Shown: one piece after another, positions 1-9,978 of the stretch
How positions within the stretch are numbered: position 1 is the first letter of the stretch
How the letters are laid out: every line of letters begins with the position of its first letter
From: Devosia sp.
Lineage (GTDB): Bacteria; Pseudomonadota; Alphaproteobacteria; Rhizobiales; Devosiaceae
Length of the DNA stretch: 64,000 nucleotides
Reading direction: 5' to 3'
Assembly: GCA_035549855.1 (NCBI GenBank)
Contig: DASZPY010000014.1
Span: forward strand, 1,015-65,014
The notes under the pieces: generated by a model
Databases searched by the model: none
What the model was told of the DNA's origin: nothing
What the model saw: the letters and a program-made list of their open reading frames with translations, nothing else
Position numbers and translations under genes: made by a program

Positions 1-491
1 ATGCCGTGGCGCTTTTCGATCTCTGTCAGCATGCCCTCGGGCGGCGCGAAACGCGTCCAGCCGGTCTTCACCACCAGCATGTTCTCGCGCACGCGTAGCT
101 CGCGGCCGACGATGTCCATGATGGATTCGTTGCCGCCATGGGAGTTGATGAAGACCAGCTTCTTCACCCCGGCCCGGCTCACCGATTGACCCAGCTCGAA
201 CCAGGCTTCGAGCAGCGTGTGCGCCGCGTGGCTGACTGTTCCCTTTGCCCAGATGTGCTCGTTGGACTTGCCCACCTGCTGCACCGGCAGGATGCGGATA
301 TCGAGATCGGCCGGTGCGCGCTCGATGAGCATGTCGAGGCAGCCACGATTGAGAATGGAGTCGACGCCGACGGGCAGATGCGGTCCGTGCTGTTCCACCG
401 CCGCGATGGGCAGGATGGCGATCGTCCGCATCGGGTCGATCGTGTCGTATTCGGGTGCCGGAAAATCCGTCCACCAGATCCTACGGGTCAT
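1..491 (-). CDS. Creatininase-family amidohydrolase (partial, runs off the window start)
   Basis: Manual translation from ATG at 491: MTRRIWWTDF...ILPIAAVEQHGPHLPVGVD...FINSHGGN, which has the EQHGPHLP and NSHGGN family motifs. Overlaps the stop of the RidA gene. Not in the ORF track. Confidence 0.9.
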   Translation of the reverse strand, partial: MTRRIWWTDFPAPEYDTIDPMRTIAILPIAAVEQHGPHLPVGVDSILNRGCLDMLIERAPADLDIRILPVQQVGKSNEHIWAKGTVSHAAHTLLEAWFELGQSVSRAGVKKLVFINSHGGNESIMDIVGRELRVRENMLVVKTGWTRFAPPEGMLTEIEKRHG

Positions 492-891
492 AGGCGTGTC
501 CCGCGAGCGGCGCGGCCGCGACGGCTTCAACCTCGACGAAGAATTCCGGTCGGGCGAAACCCGAGACGATCATCAGTGTCGATGCGGGTAGTGGATCGGC
601 GAAGCGGCTGTTGCGCGCCGTCATGTAGTCCTTCAGATGCTCGCGGCCGCTGACATAGGCATTGAGGCGGACGATGTCGGAAAGCTCGAGGCCGGATTCC
701 GCGAGGATCGCCGCGAGATTGTCGAAGCAGAGCTGCGCCTGGCCGAGGCAATCGGGCGGGATGTTCCCGGCCTTGTCGATGCCGAGCTGGCCCGAGCAGA
801 AGACGAGCTTCTGCCCCGGCGCCACTTCGACTCCATGGCTGTAAGGGGCGAAAGGCGGGTGGATGCTGGCAGGCGCGAGCGGACGGTGCAT
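481..891 (-). CDS. RidA/YjgF (Rid) family protein
   Basis: PYSHGV...FCSGQLG...PASTL...VEVEAVA pattern, 136 aa. Confidence 0.9.
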   Translation of the reverse strand: MHRPLAPASIHPPFAPYSHGVEVAPGQKLVFCSGQLGIDKAGNIPPDCLGQAQLCFDNLAAILAESGLELSDIVRLNAYVSGREHLKDYMTARNSRFADPLPASTLMIVSGFARPEFFVEVEAVAAAPLAGHAYDP

Positions 892-961
892 GAGAGGCCT
901 CGGTGGCCTGCTCAGCTAACCGGCAAAACAGCCCGAAAGCCAGCCCCTTTTCCGGCCCCGC

Positions 962-1005
962 TGCCGCGAAACTGGGCAATTCCTCTTGTGCCGCAATTTT
1001 AGGCT
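962..1005. promoter_or_regulatory. Tandem TGC-N11-GC(A/T) sites, NtrC-like
   Basis: TGCCGCGAAACTGGGCA (962-978) and TGCCGCAATTTTAGGCT (989-1005) in the divergent intergenic region. Confidence 0.35.
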
Positions 1006-1131
1006 TTCATTTTGTCCCGCCGCGCGGAATCTATCCCGCATGATGCTGCATGCGAGCATCGCGCGCCCGGCGAGCGTCAATTTCCCATGGGCTGCGCAGG
1101 CGGTTCGTCGCCACAACAGGGAGACTACAAA

Positions 1132-2127
1132 ATGAAGCACACTGCTCGATTGCTGGCGGCCGCGACGCTGCTGGCGCTGGGGACGGCCGTCCCCGCCTTC
1201 GCTCTCGACGAGATCACCTTCGGCACCAACTGGGTGACCGAGCCCGAGCATGGCGGCTTCTACCAGGCCGTCGTCGATGGGACCTACGAGAAGTACGGCC
1301 TCAAGGTCACCATCGTGCCCAAGGCCGAAGAGGCGATGCTGCTGGGCGGCAAGATCGACTTCTACATGGTGGGCAATTTCCTGCAGACCTTCTCGGCCGC
1401 CGAGCAGGACGTGCCGGTCACGGTGGTCGCCGCGATGTTCCAGAAGGATCCACAGATCATCATGGCGCATCCCGAGATGGGGATCACCAAGTTCGAGGAT
1501 CTGGCCAAGCTGGACTCGATCTTCCTCGGCGATGATCTCTATGCCAGCGGCTATCGATGGATGATGGCGACGTGGCCGGCTTTCACCGACGCCAAGCGCA
1601 AGCCCTACAATTATTCGGTCGCGCCGTTCCTCGCCGATCCGAAATCCGGGCAGCAGGGCTATCTCACCTCGGAGCCCTATGCGGTCAAGACGCAGGGCGG
1701 GTTCGAGCCCACTGTGTTCCTCATGGCGGATGCGGGGTATTCGACACCCTCGACCATGATCGAAGGGCTGTCGGAATATGTCACGGCCAACCCCGACATC
1801 ACCAAGCGCTTCGTCGAGGCGTCGATCATCGGCTGGTACAATTATCTCTATGGCGACAACACAGCGACCAACGAGTTGATCAAGTCCGAGAACCCGGATT
1901 TCAACGACGATTTCATCGCCTACTCGATCGGGGCCATGAAGGACAGCGGCCTGCTGGTTTCGGGCTCCGCGGTCGATGGCGGCATCGGCTGCTTCACAGA
2001 CGCGACCGTCAAGGACTTCTACGACAAGATGGTGTCGGCGGGCGTGGTCAAGGCGGGGCTCGACCTCAGCAAGGTCTACACCACCGAGTATGTCTGCAAG
2101 GGCCTCGGCAAAGAACTGGTCAAGTAG
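1132..2127 (+). CDS. ABC transporter substrate-binding protein, NMT1/THI5-like
   Basis: RBS GGGAG, signal peptide MKHT...PAFA, FGTNW..EPEHGGFYQA motif. Confidence 0.9.
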   Translation: MKHTARLLAAATLLALGTAVPAFALDEITFGTNWVTEPEHGGFYQAVVDGTYEKYGLKVTIVPKAEEAMLLGGKIDFYMVGNFLQTFSAAEQDVPVTVVAAMFQKDPQIIMAHPEMGITKFEDLAKLDSIFLGDDLYASGYRWMMATWPAFTDAKRKPYNYSVAPFLADPKSGQQGYLTSEPYAVKTQGGFEPTVFLMADAGYSTPSTMIEGLSEYVTANPDITKRFVEASIIGWYNYLYGDNTATNELIKSENPDFNDDFIAYSIGAMKDSGLLVSGSAVDGGIGCFTDATVKDFYDKMVSAGVVKAGLDLSKVYTTEYVCKGLGKELVK

Positions 2128-2146
2128 GGCAAAGCCTGACAGAAGC

Positions 2147-2176
2147 GGCGGGCGCGGACCGCGGTCCGTGTCCGCC
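2147..2176 (+). other. Intercistronic GC-rich hairpin (probable mRNA stabiliser after the binding-protein gene)
   Basis: GGCGGGCGCGGACC / GGTCCGTGTCCGCC inverted repeat with no U tract. Confidence 0.5.
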
Positions 2177-2199
2177 CCAGTTGAAGGACCGATCGACCA

Positions 2200-3036
2200 G
2201 TGCAGACTGCCGCTGCCAAAGCCGCCGCTTCATCGATGCCGAGCATGGATCACAGCGGCAAGCCGCTGGTGTCGCTGAAGGCGATCTCCAAGGTCTTCTC
2301 CAACGGCACGCTGGCGCTTTCGAACATGTCGCTCGATGTGCGTCGCGGCGAGTTCCTGAGCCTGCTCGGGCCATCCGGCTGCGGCAAGTCCACGGCGCTC
2401 CGCATCATCGCCGGCCTGGGCGAGCCGAGTTCGGGCACGATCGAGTGGCCGAGCGCGACGGCCTACGACTCTGCCGGCAAACCTGAACGCGAGATCGGGT
2501 TCGTCTTCCAGGAACCGACGCTGATGCCCTGGGCCACGGTCGCCGACAATGTCTGGCTGCCGTTGCGCCTCAAGGGCGCCTCGCGCCGCGCCGCCCGTGC
2601 CGACGTGATGGACACGCTGCGCATGGTGGGACTCGAGAGCTTCGCCGACCGCTATCCGCGCGAACTCTCGGGCGGCATGAAGATGCGCGTCTCCATCGCC
2701 CGCGCCCTCGTCACGCGCCCGAAGCTGCTGCTGATGGACGAGCCCTTCGCGGCGCTCGACGAGATCACACGCTTCAAGCTCAACAACGACCTGCTCGAAC
2801 TCTGGCAGCGCTTCGGCTGGACGGTGATCTTTGTCACCCATTCGGTGTTCGAGTCCGTCTATCTTTCCGAGCGCATCATCGTGATGGCCGCGCGGCCGGG
2901 CCGCGTGTTCAAGGACCTCACCGTCGATGCGCCCTATCCGCGCGACGAATCCTTCCGCACCTCCGAGGCCTACAACGAGAACTGCCGCATGACCTCGGCG
3001 GCACTACACGATGCGATGGGAGCGCTCGGGCATTGA
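2200..3036 (+). CDS. ABC transporter ATP-binding protein (TauB/SsuB-like); start could be 2236 or 2245
   Basis: GPSGCGKS, LSGGMKMR, LLMDEPF motifs. Confidence 0.93.
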   Translation: MQTAAAKAAASSMPSMDHSGKPLVSLKAISKVFSNGTLALSNMSLDVRRGEFLSLLGPSGCGKSTALRIIAGLGEPSSGTIEWPSATAYDSAGKPEREIGFVFQEPTLMPWATVADNVWLPLRLKGASRRAARADVMDTLRMVGLESFADRYPRELSGGMKMRVSIARALVTRPKLLLMDEPFAALDEITRFKLNNDLLELWQRFGWTVIFVTHSVFESVYLSERIIVMAARPGRVFKDLTVDAPYPRDESFRTSEAYNENCRMTSAALHDAMGALGH

Positions 3037-3899
3037 CCAGCGAGATCGTGACCCACCCGCAACCCGAAAGCGAGACCGAAGCGCCGCTTGTGCCTGTCGC
3101 CGAGCGGTCGACTTTCGGCGAGCGGTTCGCGACGCTGGCCATCCCCTTCGTGATGCTCGTGCTGCTGCTGGTGGTGTGGCAGGTCTATGTCACCGTCGCG
3201 AATGTGCCGCACTACATTCTGCCGAGCCCGCTGCGCATCGCGCAGTCCTTCGGCGAAGACTATCAGATGCTGTTCAAGGCCCTGACGGTCACGCTGCAGA
3301 CGACATTCCTCGCGCTCGCCATCGCGCTGGTCACGGGTGTGGCGCTCGCCATCATCATGGCGCAGTCGCGCTGGATCGAGCTGGCGCTGTTTCCCTATGC
3401 CGTGATCCTGCAGGTGACGCCGATAGTCGCCATCGCACCACTGATCCTCATCTATACCGAGACCACGCAGCAGGCCCTCCTGATCTGCGCATGGCTGGTT
3501 GCCTTCTTCCCCGTGCTGTCGAACACAGCGCAGGGCCTCCACTCAACGGATCATAATCTGCTCAATCTGTTCGAGCTCTATGGCGCGAGCCGGTGGCAGA
3601 CGCTGATCCACCTGCGGCTGCCCAATGCCCTGCCCTATTTTCTCGCGGGCCTGCGCATCGCGGGCGGACTTGCGCTGATCGCCGCCGTCGTCGCCGAATT
3701 CGCCGCAGGCACGCCCGGCGCCGACGCGGGCCTCGCCTTCCGGCTGATCGAGGCGCAGCACCGGCTCAACATCCCACGGCTGTTCGCCGCATTGGTGCTG
3801 CTGTCGGTCACTGGCGTGCTGATCTACGCGGCGACCAGCCTCATCTCGCATCTGCTGCTGCGCAAGTGGCATGAGAGCGCCGTCCGGCGGGAGAATTGA
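3033..3899 (+). CDS. ABC transporter permease
   Basis: Multiple TM helices, GASRWQ..LRLP EAA-type loop, 4-bp overlaps with both neighbours. Confidence 0.92.
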   Translation: MTSEIVTHPQPESETEAPLVPVAERSTFGERFATLAIPFVMLVLLLVVWQVYVTVANVPHYILPSPLRIAQSFGEDYQMLFKALTVTLQTTFLALAIALVTGVALAIIMAQSRWIELALFPYAVILQVTPIVAIAPLILIYTETTQQALLICAWLVAFFPVLSNTAQGLHSTDHNLLNLFELYGASRWQTLIHLRLPNALPYFLAGLRIAGGLALIAAVVAEFAAGTPGADAGLAFRLIEAQHRLNIPRLFAALVLLSVTGVLIYAATSLISHLLLRKWHESAVRREN

Positions 3900-5167
3900 T
3901 GGAGACGCTGCGCAATGCCTCGGTGCCCTCCGCGCTGATGGGCGGGCCTGGTGGCGGCATCGAGCGGCTCGACATCACCATTGCCGACGGCAAGATTGCC
4001 AGCCTGTCGCCGCACAGTCCCGGCCCGGGCCGCGACCTCGATGGCGGGCTGGTGCTGCCGGCCTTCGTGGATGTCCACACCCATTTGGACAAGGGCAATA
4101 TCTGGCCGCGCAAGCCCAATCCGGATGGCACGTGGATGGGAGCGCTCGAGTCCGTCCTCGAAGACCGCGAGGCCAAGTGGGCGCGCGAGGACGTCGCGCG
4201 TCGCATGGATTTTTCTCTTCGCTGCGCCTACGCCCATGGCACTGCCGCGATCCGCACGCATCTCGATTCCGCGCCGCCACAGCATGAGATCACCTGGGAG
4301 GTCTTCCGCGAGGCGCGGGAAAGATGGGCAGGCCGCATCGAATTGCAGGCCGTCTCTATCATAGGCGCCGATGACTGCCTCGATCGGGCGTCGCTCGACA
4401 GCGTTGCCCGCGTGGTGCAGCGCGCCGAGGGAATCCTTGGCGGCGCAATCGCGGTCCACCCTGAAGCGCGAAAGGCCGTCTTCAATGCCATCGACAAGGC
4501 CGGGGATCTTGGCCTTGCGATTGACCTTCACATCGACGAGACGCTCGATCCTGAGGCCTCGGCGTTGCGGCACTTCGCCGACGCCGTCATCGAAACCGGT
4601 TTCAAGGGCGCCGCCGTCGCCGGCCACTGCTGCGTGCTGTCGGTGCAGGATGAGAAGACGGCGCGCTCAACCATCGAGCGCGTTGCCGAGGCCGGCATCG
4701 CAGTCGTCTCGCTGCCTATGTGCAATCTCTATCTGCAGGACCGCGACCCCAGTGGGCGCAAGACGCCCGCCCGGCGTGGCGTAACGCTTGTGCGCGAGCT
4801 GCACGCGGCGGGGGTGCCGGTTGCCATCGGCTCTGACAACACGCGCGATCCGTTCTACGCCTATGGCGATCTCGATGGGCTCGAAGTCCTCCGGGAAGGC
4901 GCCCGCATCATCCATTTCGATCATCCGCAGGACCAGGCATGGCAATGGTCGCGCATGGTCAATGCCGGTGCCGCGAAGATTGCCGGCTTCAGCTACAGGG
5001 GCGAGATCGTGGCCGGCGCTCCGGCGGACCTTGTAGCCTTCCGTGCGCGCAACTGGACCGAGTTGCTGTCGCGTCCGCAATCGGACCGCGCGGTGTATCG
5101 TTCCGGCGTGCCGATCGACGGTGCCCTGCCCGACTATCGCGAACTCGACGATTTGATGGAGGTGTGA
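3896..5167 (+). CDS. Cytosine-deaminase-like amidohydrolase (substrate uncertain, possibly a pterin)
   Basis: HTHLDK, LHIDE, GHC, GSDNTRDPF metal and catalytic motifs. Confidence 0.85.
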   Translation: MMETLRNASVPSALMGGPGGGIERLDITIADGKIASLSPHSPGPGRDLDGGLVLPAFVDVHTHLDKGNIWPRKPNPDGTWMGALESVLEDREAKWAREDVARRMDFSLRCAYAHGTAAIRTHLDSAPPQHEITWEVFREARERWAGRIELQAVSIIGADDCLDRASLDSVARVVQRAEGILGGAIAVHPEARKAVFNAIDKAGDLGLAIDLHIDETLDPEASALRHFADAVIETGFKGAAVAGHCCVLSVQDEKTARSTIERVAEAGIAVVSLPMCNLYLQDRDPSGRKTPARRGVTLVRELHAAGVPVAIGSDNTRDPFYAYGDLDGLEVLREGARIIHFDHPQDQAWQWSRMVNAGAAKIAGFSYRGEIVAGAPADLVAFRARNWTELLSRPQSDRAVYRSGVPIDGALPDYRELDDLMEV

Positions 5168-5168
5168 G

Positions 5169-6572
5169 TTGGACCTGACCCAGTTCCGCGCCGCACTCGG
5201 CGACATCCCCGTGCAGGACCATCCCAAGATCGTGCAGCAGAAGAGTCGCGATCACTACTGGTACTCGCCGCGCCTCAAGGCCGAACTCGACGCGGTCACG
5301 GCGCAGCTTGTGGTCACCCCGCGCAGTCAGGACGATGTCGTGACAATCCTCGCCGGTGCCTATCGACACGGCGTCCCAGTGACGCCGCGTGGCGCCGGCA
5401 CCGGCAATTACGGCCAGGCCATGCCGCTTTCGGGCGGCGTTATTCTCGATCTCACCAGCCTCGACAAAATCATCTCCATCACGAGGGACAGCGTCCGCGC
5501 CGAGGCCGGCATCGTGCTCGAAAAGCTCGACGAACAGACCAGGCACGCGGTCGGCGGCGAGATGCGGTTTCATCCATCGACCTATCGCATGGCCACGCTG
5601 GGCGGCTTTATCGCCGGCGGCTCGGGCGGCGTCGGCTCGGTGCGCTGGGGCGGCCTCCGCGCCTTCGGGAATCTGCTCGGCCTCAAGGTCGTCACCTGCG
5701 AGGAGACGCCGCGCGTGCTCGATCTCGCCGGCCCCGACATCCTCAAGGTCGCGCATGCCTATGGCACCAACGGCATCATCGTCGAAGCGGAGATTCCGCT
5801 GACCGCCACATATGACTGGGTGGATGTGATGGTGGGGTTCGACTCCATCATGGCGGCCATGGCCTTCGGCGAGCAGGCCGCTTTGCAGGATGGGCTGCTG
5901 CTCAAGGAGATTTCCCCCGTCGCGGCGCCCGTTGCCTATGACTGGTTCAATCGACACCGCCCCTTCATTCGCCATCGCGACCAGTCCGTGGTGCTGCTGA
6001 TGGCGGCGCCGGCGGCAATGCCCGCACTCGCCGATTTTATCGCCTTCCACAAGGGCGAGTTGCTGATGCGCATGGATCGGGTGCCTGACGAACAGAAGGC
6101 CAAGCTGCCGCCGATCTATGAACTCGCCTGGAACCACACGACGCTGCGCGGCCTGAAGCTCGATCCCGGCATTACCTATCTGCAGACGCAGTATCCCGAT
6201 CTCACCCATGTCAAATGGGCCGTCGATCTCTTCGGCAACGAGATGCCGATGCATATTGAGATGAACCGCTTCGACGGGCGCATCGTCTTTTCCGGCCTGC
6301 CCATCGTCCGCTACACCACCGAGGAGCGGCTCGAAGAGATCATCCGCCTGCACGAGGACAATGGTTGCCTCGTCTTCAACCCGCACCGCTACACGCTCGA
6401 GGAAGGCGGCATGAAGAAGACCGACCGTGCCCAGCTCGAGTTCAAGAAGCAGGCCGATCCCAAGGGCATCCTCAATCCGGGCAAGATGATCGCCTGGGAC
6501 GATCCCGATTTCGACTTCGACAGCGGCCGTGCGTGGCTGTTCGAGGGCCTCAAGACGCTCGGAGCCGCCTGA
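5169..6572 (+). CDS. FAD-binding oxidoreductase (VAO/GlcD-like)
   Basis: TPRGAGTGNYGQ, ATLGGFIAGG, DPKGILNPGK motifs. Confidence 0.9.
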   Translation: MDLTQFRAALGDIPVQDHPKIVQQKSRDHYWYSPRLKAELDAVTAQLVVTPRSQDDVVTILAGAYRHGVPVTPRGAGTGNYGQAMPLSGGVILDLTSLDKIISITRDSVRAEAGIVLEKLDEQTRHAVGGEMRFHPSTYRMATLGGFIAGGSGGVGSVRWGGLRAFGNLLGLKVVTCEETPRVLDLAGPDILKVAHAYGTNGIIVEAEIPLTATYDWVDVMVGFDSIMAAMAFGEQAALQDGLLLKEISPVAAPVAYDWFNRHRPFIRHRDQSVVLLMAAPAAMPALADFIAFHKGELLMRMDRVPDEQKAKLPPIYELAWNHTTLRGLKLDPGITYLQTQYPDLTHVKWAVDLFGNEMPMHIEMNRFDGRIVFSGLPIVRYTTEERLEEIIRLHEDNGCLVFNPHRYTLEEGGMKKTDRAQLEFKKQADPKGILNPGKMIAWDDPDFDFDSGRAWLFEGLKTLGAA

Positions 6573-7174
6573 TGCGCGTGATGGTGCTCCACGCCCACCC
6601 GGTCGAGACCAGCTACAATCGCGCCCTCTTCCACGCGGTGCTCGATACGCTCAAGGCCAATGGCCATGAGGTCGACCCGGTCGATCTCAATGCCGAGGGC
6701 TTCGATCCGGTGATGAGCCGCGAGGAGCGGCTCAACTATCACCATGTGCCCGACAACATCACGCCCGCGCTCAAGCCCTATGTCGATCGGCTGATGGCGG
6801 CAGAGGCGGTCGTGCTGGTGTTTCCGGTCTGGAACTACGGCTTCCCCGCCATCCTCAAGGGCTATTTCGACAAGGTGTTCATGCCGGGCGTCTCCTTCGT
6901 CCTCGAAGGCGGCGGCAGTGCCGACAAGGGCAAGCTTGTGCCGAATCTCAAGCACATCAGGAAGGTGGCGTTTGTCACGACCTATGGCGGCGACCGGTGG
7001 CGCACGATGCTGATGGGCGATCCGCCACGACGCATGGCGCGGCGGTGGGGCTGGGTGACGTTCGGCGGCTGGCTGCCCCCGAAGTACCTGGCGCTCTACG
7101 ACATGAACAATGTCACGCCAGCGCAACTCGATGGCTTCATCGCCAAGGTGAAGCGGGTCATCGGGCAGTGGTAG
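6572..7174 (+). CDS. Flavodoxin-like NAD(P)H-dependent oxidoreductase
   Basis: Starts MRVMVLHAHP..SYN at a TGATG overlap; FPVWNYGFPAILKGYFDKV. Confidence 0.88.
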   Translation: MRVMVLHAHPVETSYNRALFHAVLDTLKANGHEVDPVDLNAEGFDPVMSREERLNYHHVPDNITPALKPYVDRLMAAEAVVLVFPVWNYGFPAILKGYFDKVFMPGVSFVLEGGGSADKGKLVPNLKHIRKVAFVTTYGGDRWRTMLMGDPPRRMARRWGWVTFGGWLPPKYLALYDMNNVTPAQLDGFIAKVKRVIGQW

Positions 7175-8401
7175 TCATACAACCTTTGCCTTGCGCTTGA
7201 ACTCGGGCTTGTCCCAGGCGCGCGACTGCATCACGTCGCCGAGGATCTCCGCAGCACGATAGACATCGACGAAGCGCAGGTAGAGCGGCGTCAGCCCGAA
7301 GCGCATGATGTCGGGCTGGCGGAAATCGCCGATGACGCCGCGGGCGATCAATGCCTGCATCACGGCATAAGCTTCGGGGTGCCGCAGCGAAACCTGAGTG
7401 CCGCGCGACGCGGGATCGCGCGGCGTCAGCAGCTCGAGTTCCGGGCAGCGCGCGGCGACCTCAGAAACAAACAGCTCGAACAGGGCGTCGGCCTTCGCCT
7501 TCACCGCGCTCAAGTCGACACCGTCGAAGGCGTCGAGCGCCGCATCGAGGGCGCTCATCGACAGGATCGGCGGCGTGCCCACGCGCAACGCATCGATACC
7601 CTCGGCCGGCTCGTAGTCCGGCGCGAACGCAAAGGGCGCAGCATGTCCGAGCCATCCGCTCAGCGGCTGGCGCAACCCATCGAGATGATGCGGCGCGACA
7701 TAGGCAAAGGCCGGCGCACCCGGTCCGCCATTGAGATATTTGTAGCCGCAGCCCACCGCGAAGTCGGCGTCGGCCCCGGCAAGGTCCACCGGTAGCGCGC
7801 CGGCGCTGTGGCACAGGTCCCAGATTATGAGCGCGCCGACTTCATGCGCGCGCTGTGTCAGCGTCTTCATGTCGAGCTTCGCCCCGGTGCGATAGTTGAC
7901 CTCGGTCAGCAGCACCACCGCGACGTCGCCATCGATCGCGTTGAGCAGACCATCGGCCGGGGCGAGTCGCACTTCGTGCCCCTGCCCCAGCAGGCTGGCG
8001 ATGCCGCCCACGACATAGACGTCGGTGGGGAAATTGTTCTCTTCGGTGACGATGACCTTCCGCCCGGGGCGCTTGCCGAGCGCTACGGCAAGCAGCTTGA
8101 AGATGTTGATGGAGGTGGAGTCAGCCACGATCACCGTTCCGGGTGCGGCGCCGATCAGCGGGGCGATGCGATCTCCGACGCGGCGCGGCAGATCGATCCA
8201 GTCATGCACGTTCCAGCTCGTAATGAGATCGCGGCCCCATTCTTCGCTCACCACCTTGGCGGTCCGCGTCACGACCGATTTCGGCAGCGCTCCGAGCGAA
8301 TTGCCGTCGAGATAGATGGTGCCTTCGGGGATCGCGAAGCGGTCGCGCAGGGATGCGAGCGTATCGGCGCGGTCCAGCGCCTCGACCTGACTGAAGTTCA
8401 T
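7175..8401 (-). CDS. kynU: Kynureninase
   Basis: IYLDGNSLG, WDLCHSAG, GCGYKYLNGGPG (PLP lysine). Confidence 0.95.
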   Translation of the reverse strand: MNFSQVEALDRADTLASLRDRFAIPEGTIYLDGNSLGALPKSVVTRTAKVVSEEWGRDLITSWNVHDWIDLPRRVGDRIAPLIGAAPGTVIVADSTSINIFKLLAVALGKRPGRKVIVTEENNFPTDVYVVGGIASLLGQGHEVRLAPADGLLNAIDGDVAVVLLTEVNYRTGAKLDMKTLTQRAHEVGALIIWDLCHSAGALPVDLAGADADFAVGCGYKYLNGGPGAPAFAYVAPHHLDGLRQPLSGWLGHAAPFAFAPDYEPAEGIDALRVGTPPILSMSALDAALDAFDGVDLSAVKAKADALFELFVSEVAARCPELELLTPRDPASRGTQVSLRHPEAYAVMQALIARGVIGDFRQPDIMRFGLTPLYLRFVDVYRAAEILGDVMQSRAWDKPEFKRKAKVV

Positions 8402-8490
8402 GGCCGCACTCTTTCCAAACCCACGAGACATTGTCGATAGACAAGGCGAACGGCCGGCCCTAAACCCGCTTGCGATCAGTGGATTTGGCG

Positions 8491-9285
8491 ATGACCCCAC
8501 CCAGCCTCGACCTCATGCTCACCGCCGCCCGCGAGGCCGCGGCGGCGATCATGGAGATCTACCTCGGCGATTTCGACAGCAGTTCCAAGGACGACGGCTC
8601 GCCGGTGACCGCGGCCGACGGGCGGGCCGAAGCGATCATCCTCCAGCATCTCGCCGCGACGGGCATTCCCGTCCTCGCGGAGGAAAGCGCCTCGGCCGGC
8701 GATGTCCCCGAGTTGGGGAGCCGCTTCTTCTGCGTCGATCCGCTGGACGGCACCAAGGAATTTCTGAAGCGGAACGGGGAGTTCACGGTCAATATCGCGC
8801 TCGTTGAAGCCGGCCGCGCGACAATGGGAGTCGTGCTCGCCCCTGCAACGGGCGCGACCTTCATCGGCGGGCCAGAAGGTGCTTTCGAGATCGACTCCCG
8901 CGACGTGCATCTGCCGCTTCACACAATTGTCGAGGGCCCGATGAAAGTGGTCGCCTCGCGCTCGCATGGGCACGACGCATTGGAAGGCTTTTGTGAGTCA
9001 TTCCAGGTGGTTGAGGACGTTTCTGTTGGTTCATCGCTCAAGTTCTGCCTCGTAGCCAAAGGCGAGGCCCAGCTCTATCCCCGTTTCACGCCGACATGTG
9101 CATGGGACACTGCGGCGGGACAGGCGGTTCTGGAGGCCGCGGGGGGCGTTGTGCTGGGGATTGACGGGATGCCGCTCCGCTATGGTGCCGGGGCGCCGCG
9201 CTACCTCAATCCGTTCTTCATCGCGGCCGCCAACGAGGACCTGGCGCGACGCGGTGCCGCCGAGATGCGGCGGCTAACCCGCTGA
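8491..9285 (+). CDS. cysQ: 3'(2'),5'-bisphosphate nucleotidase
   Basis: KDDGSPVTAAD, VDPLDGTKEF, GSSLKFC, WDTAAG motifs. Confidence 0.92.
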   Translation: MTPPSLDLMLTAAREAAAAIMEIYLGDFDSSSKDDGSPVTAADGRAEAIILQHLAATGIPVLAEESASAGDVPELGSRFFCVDPLDGTKEFLKRNGEFTVNIALVEAGRATMGVVLAPATGATFIGGPEGAFEIDSRDVHLPLHTIVEGPMKVVASRSHGHDALEGFCESFQVVEDVSVGSSLKFCLVAKGEAQLYPRFTPTCAWDTAAGQAVLEAAGGVVLGIDGMPLRYGAGAPRYLNPFFIAAANEDLARRGAAEMRRLTR

Positions 9286-9375
9286 TTGCCGGGCTTTTTG
9301 TAGAGCTCCATTAACTCCGCATGGCTTTTATGCGCGGGAGCGGATTGCGCCGACTCCGGTGTGCCTGTATAGGCC

Positions 9376-9413
9376 CGGCATATTTCAGGCTGGCATATGC
9401 CGAACGGATATAT
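9376..9413 (+). promoter_or_regulatory. Probable PadR operator (two overlapping ATAT-N11-ATAT dyads)
   Basis: ATATTTC-N5-GGCATAT (9380-9398) and ATATGCC-N5-GATATAT (9395-9413) just before the PadR start. Confidence 0.5.
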
Positions 9414-9416
9414 GGA

Positions 9417-9965
9417 ATGAACGTCCGCACGATCTGCCTCTCCATCCTCTATGACGGGGAAGCGACGGGGTACGAAATCCGCAAGCTGTCGGTGGAAGGA
9501 GAATATTCCTATTTCATCGACGCCAGCTTCGGCTCGATCTACCCGGCGTTGGCCAAGCTCGAGGCGGACGGCCTGGTCACCTCGCGCACCGAGCAGCAGG
9601 ACGGCAAGCCCGCCAAGAAGATCTACGCCATCACCCCGGCCGGCCGGCGCGACTTTATCGCGTCGCTGTTCGAGAAGCTGGGGGACGACGAATTCCGCAG
9701 CGAGTTCCTGCTGTTCGTCCGCTTTGTTTCCGAGCTGCCGCAATCGCTCGTTCAGGTGCGGTTAACCGAGCGGCTGGCAGCCATCGACGCCGCCATCAAG
9801 GAGATGGACGAACTCGCCACCCAGCACACGGCCCCCGCCGATGCCTGGGTGTTGGATTATGGCCGCACTTGTATGCAGGCGGCCCGCAACTACATCCACT
9901 CCCATTTGGGGGAATTACTCGCACTCGCGCGGCCCGACACGGGCGTCGCTGACGCTGCGGAATAG
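9417..9965 (+). CDS. PadR family transcriptional regulator
   Basis: TGYEI, SFGSIYPALAKLE, KKIYAITPAG. Confidence 0.92.
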   Translation: MNVRTICLSILYDGEATGYEIRKLSVEGEYSYFIDASFGSIYPALAKLEADGLVTSRTEQQDGKPAKKIYAITPAGRRDFIASLFEKLGDDEFRSEFLLFVRFVSELPQSLVQVRLTERLAAIDAAIKEMDELATQHTAPADAWVLDYGRTCMQAARNYIHSHLGELLALARPDTGVADAAE

Positions 9966-9978
9966 AGGGCTTTCGACT

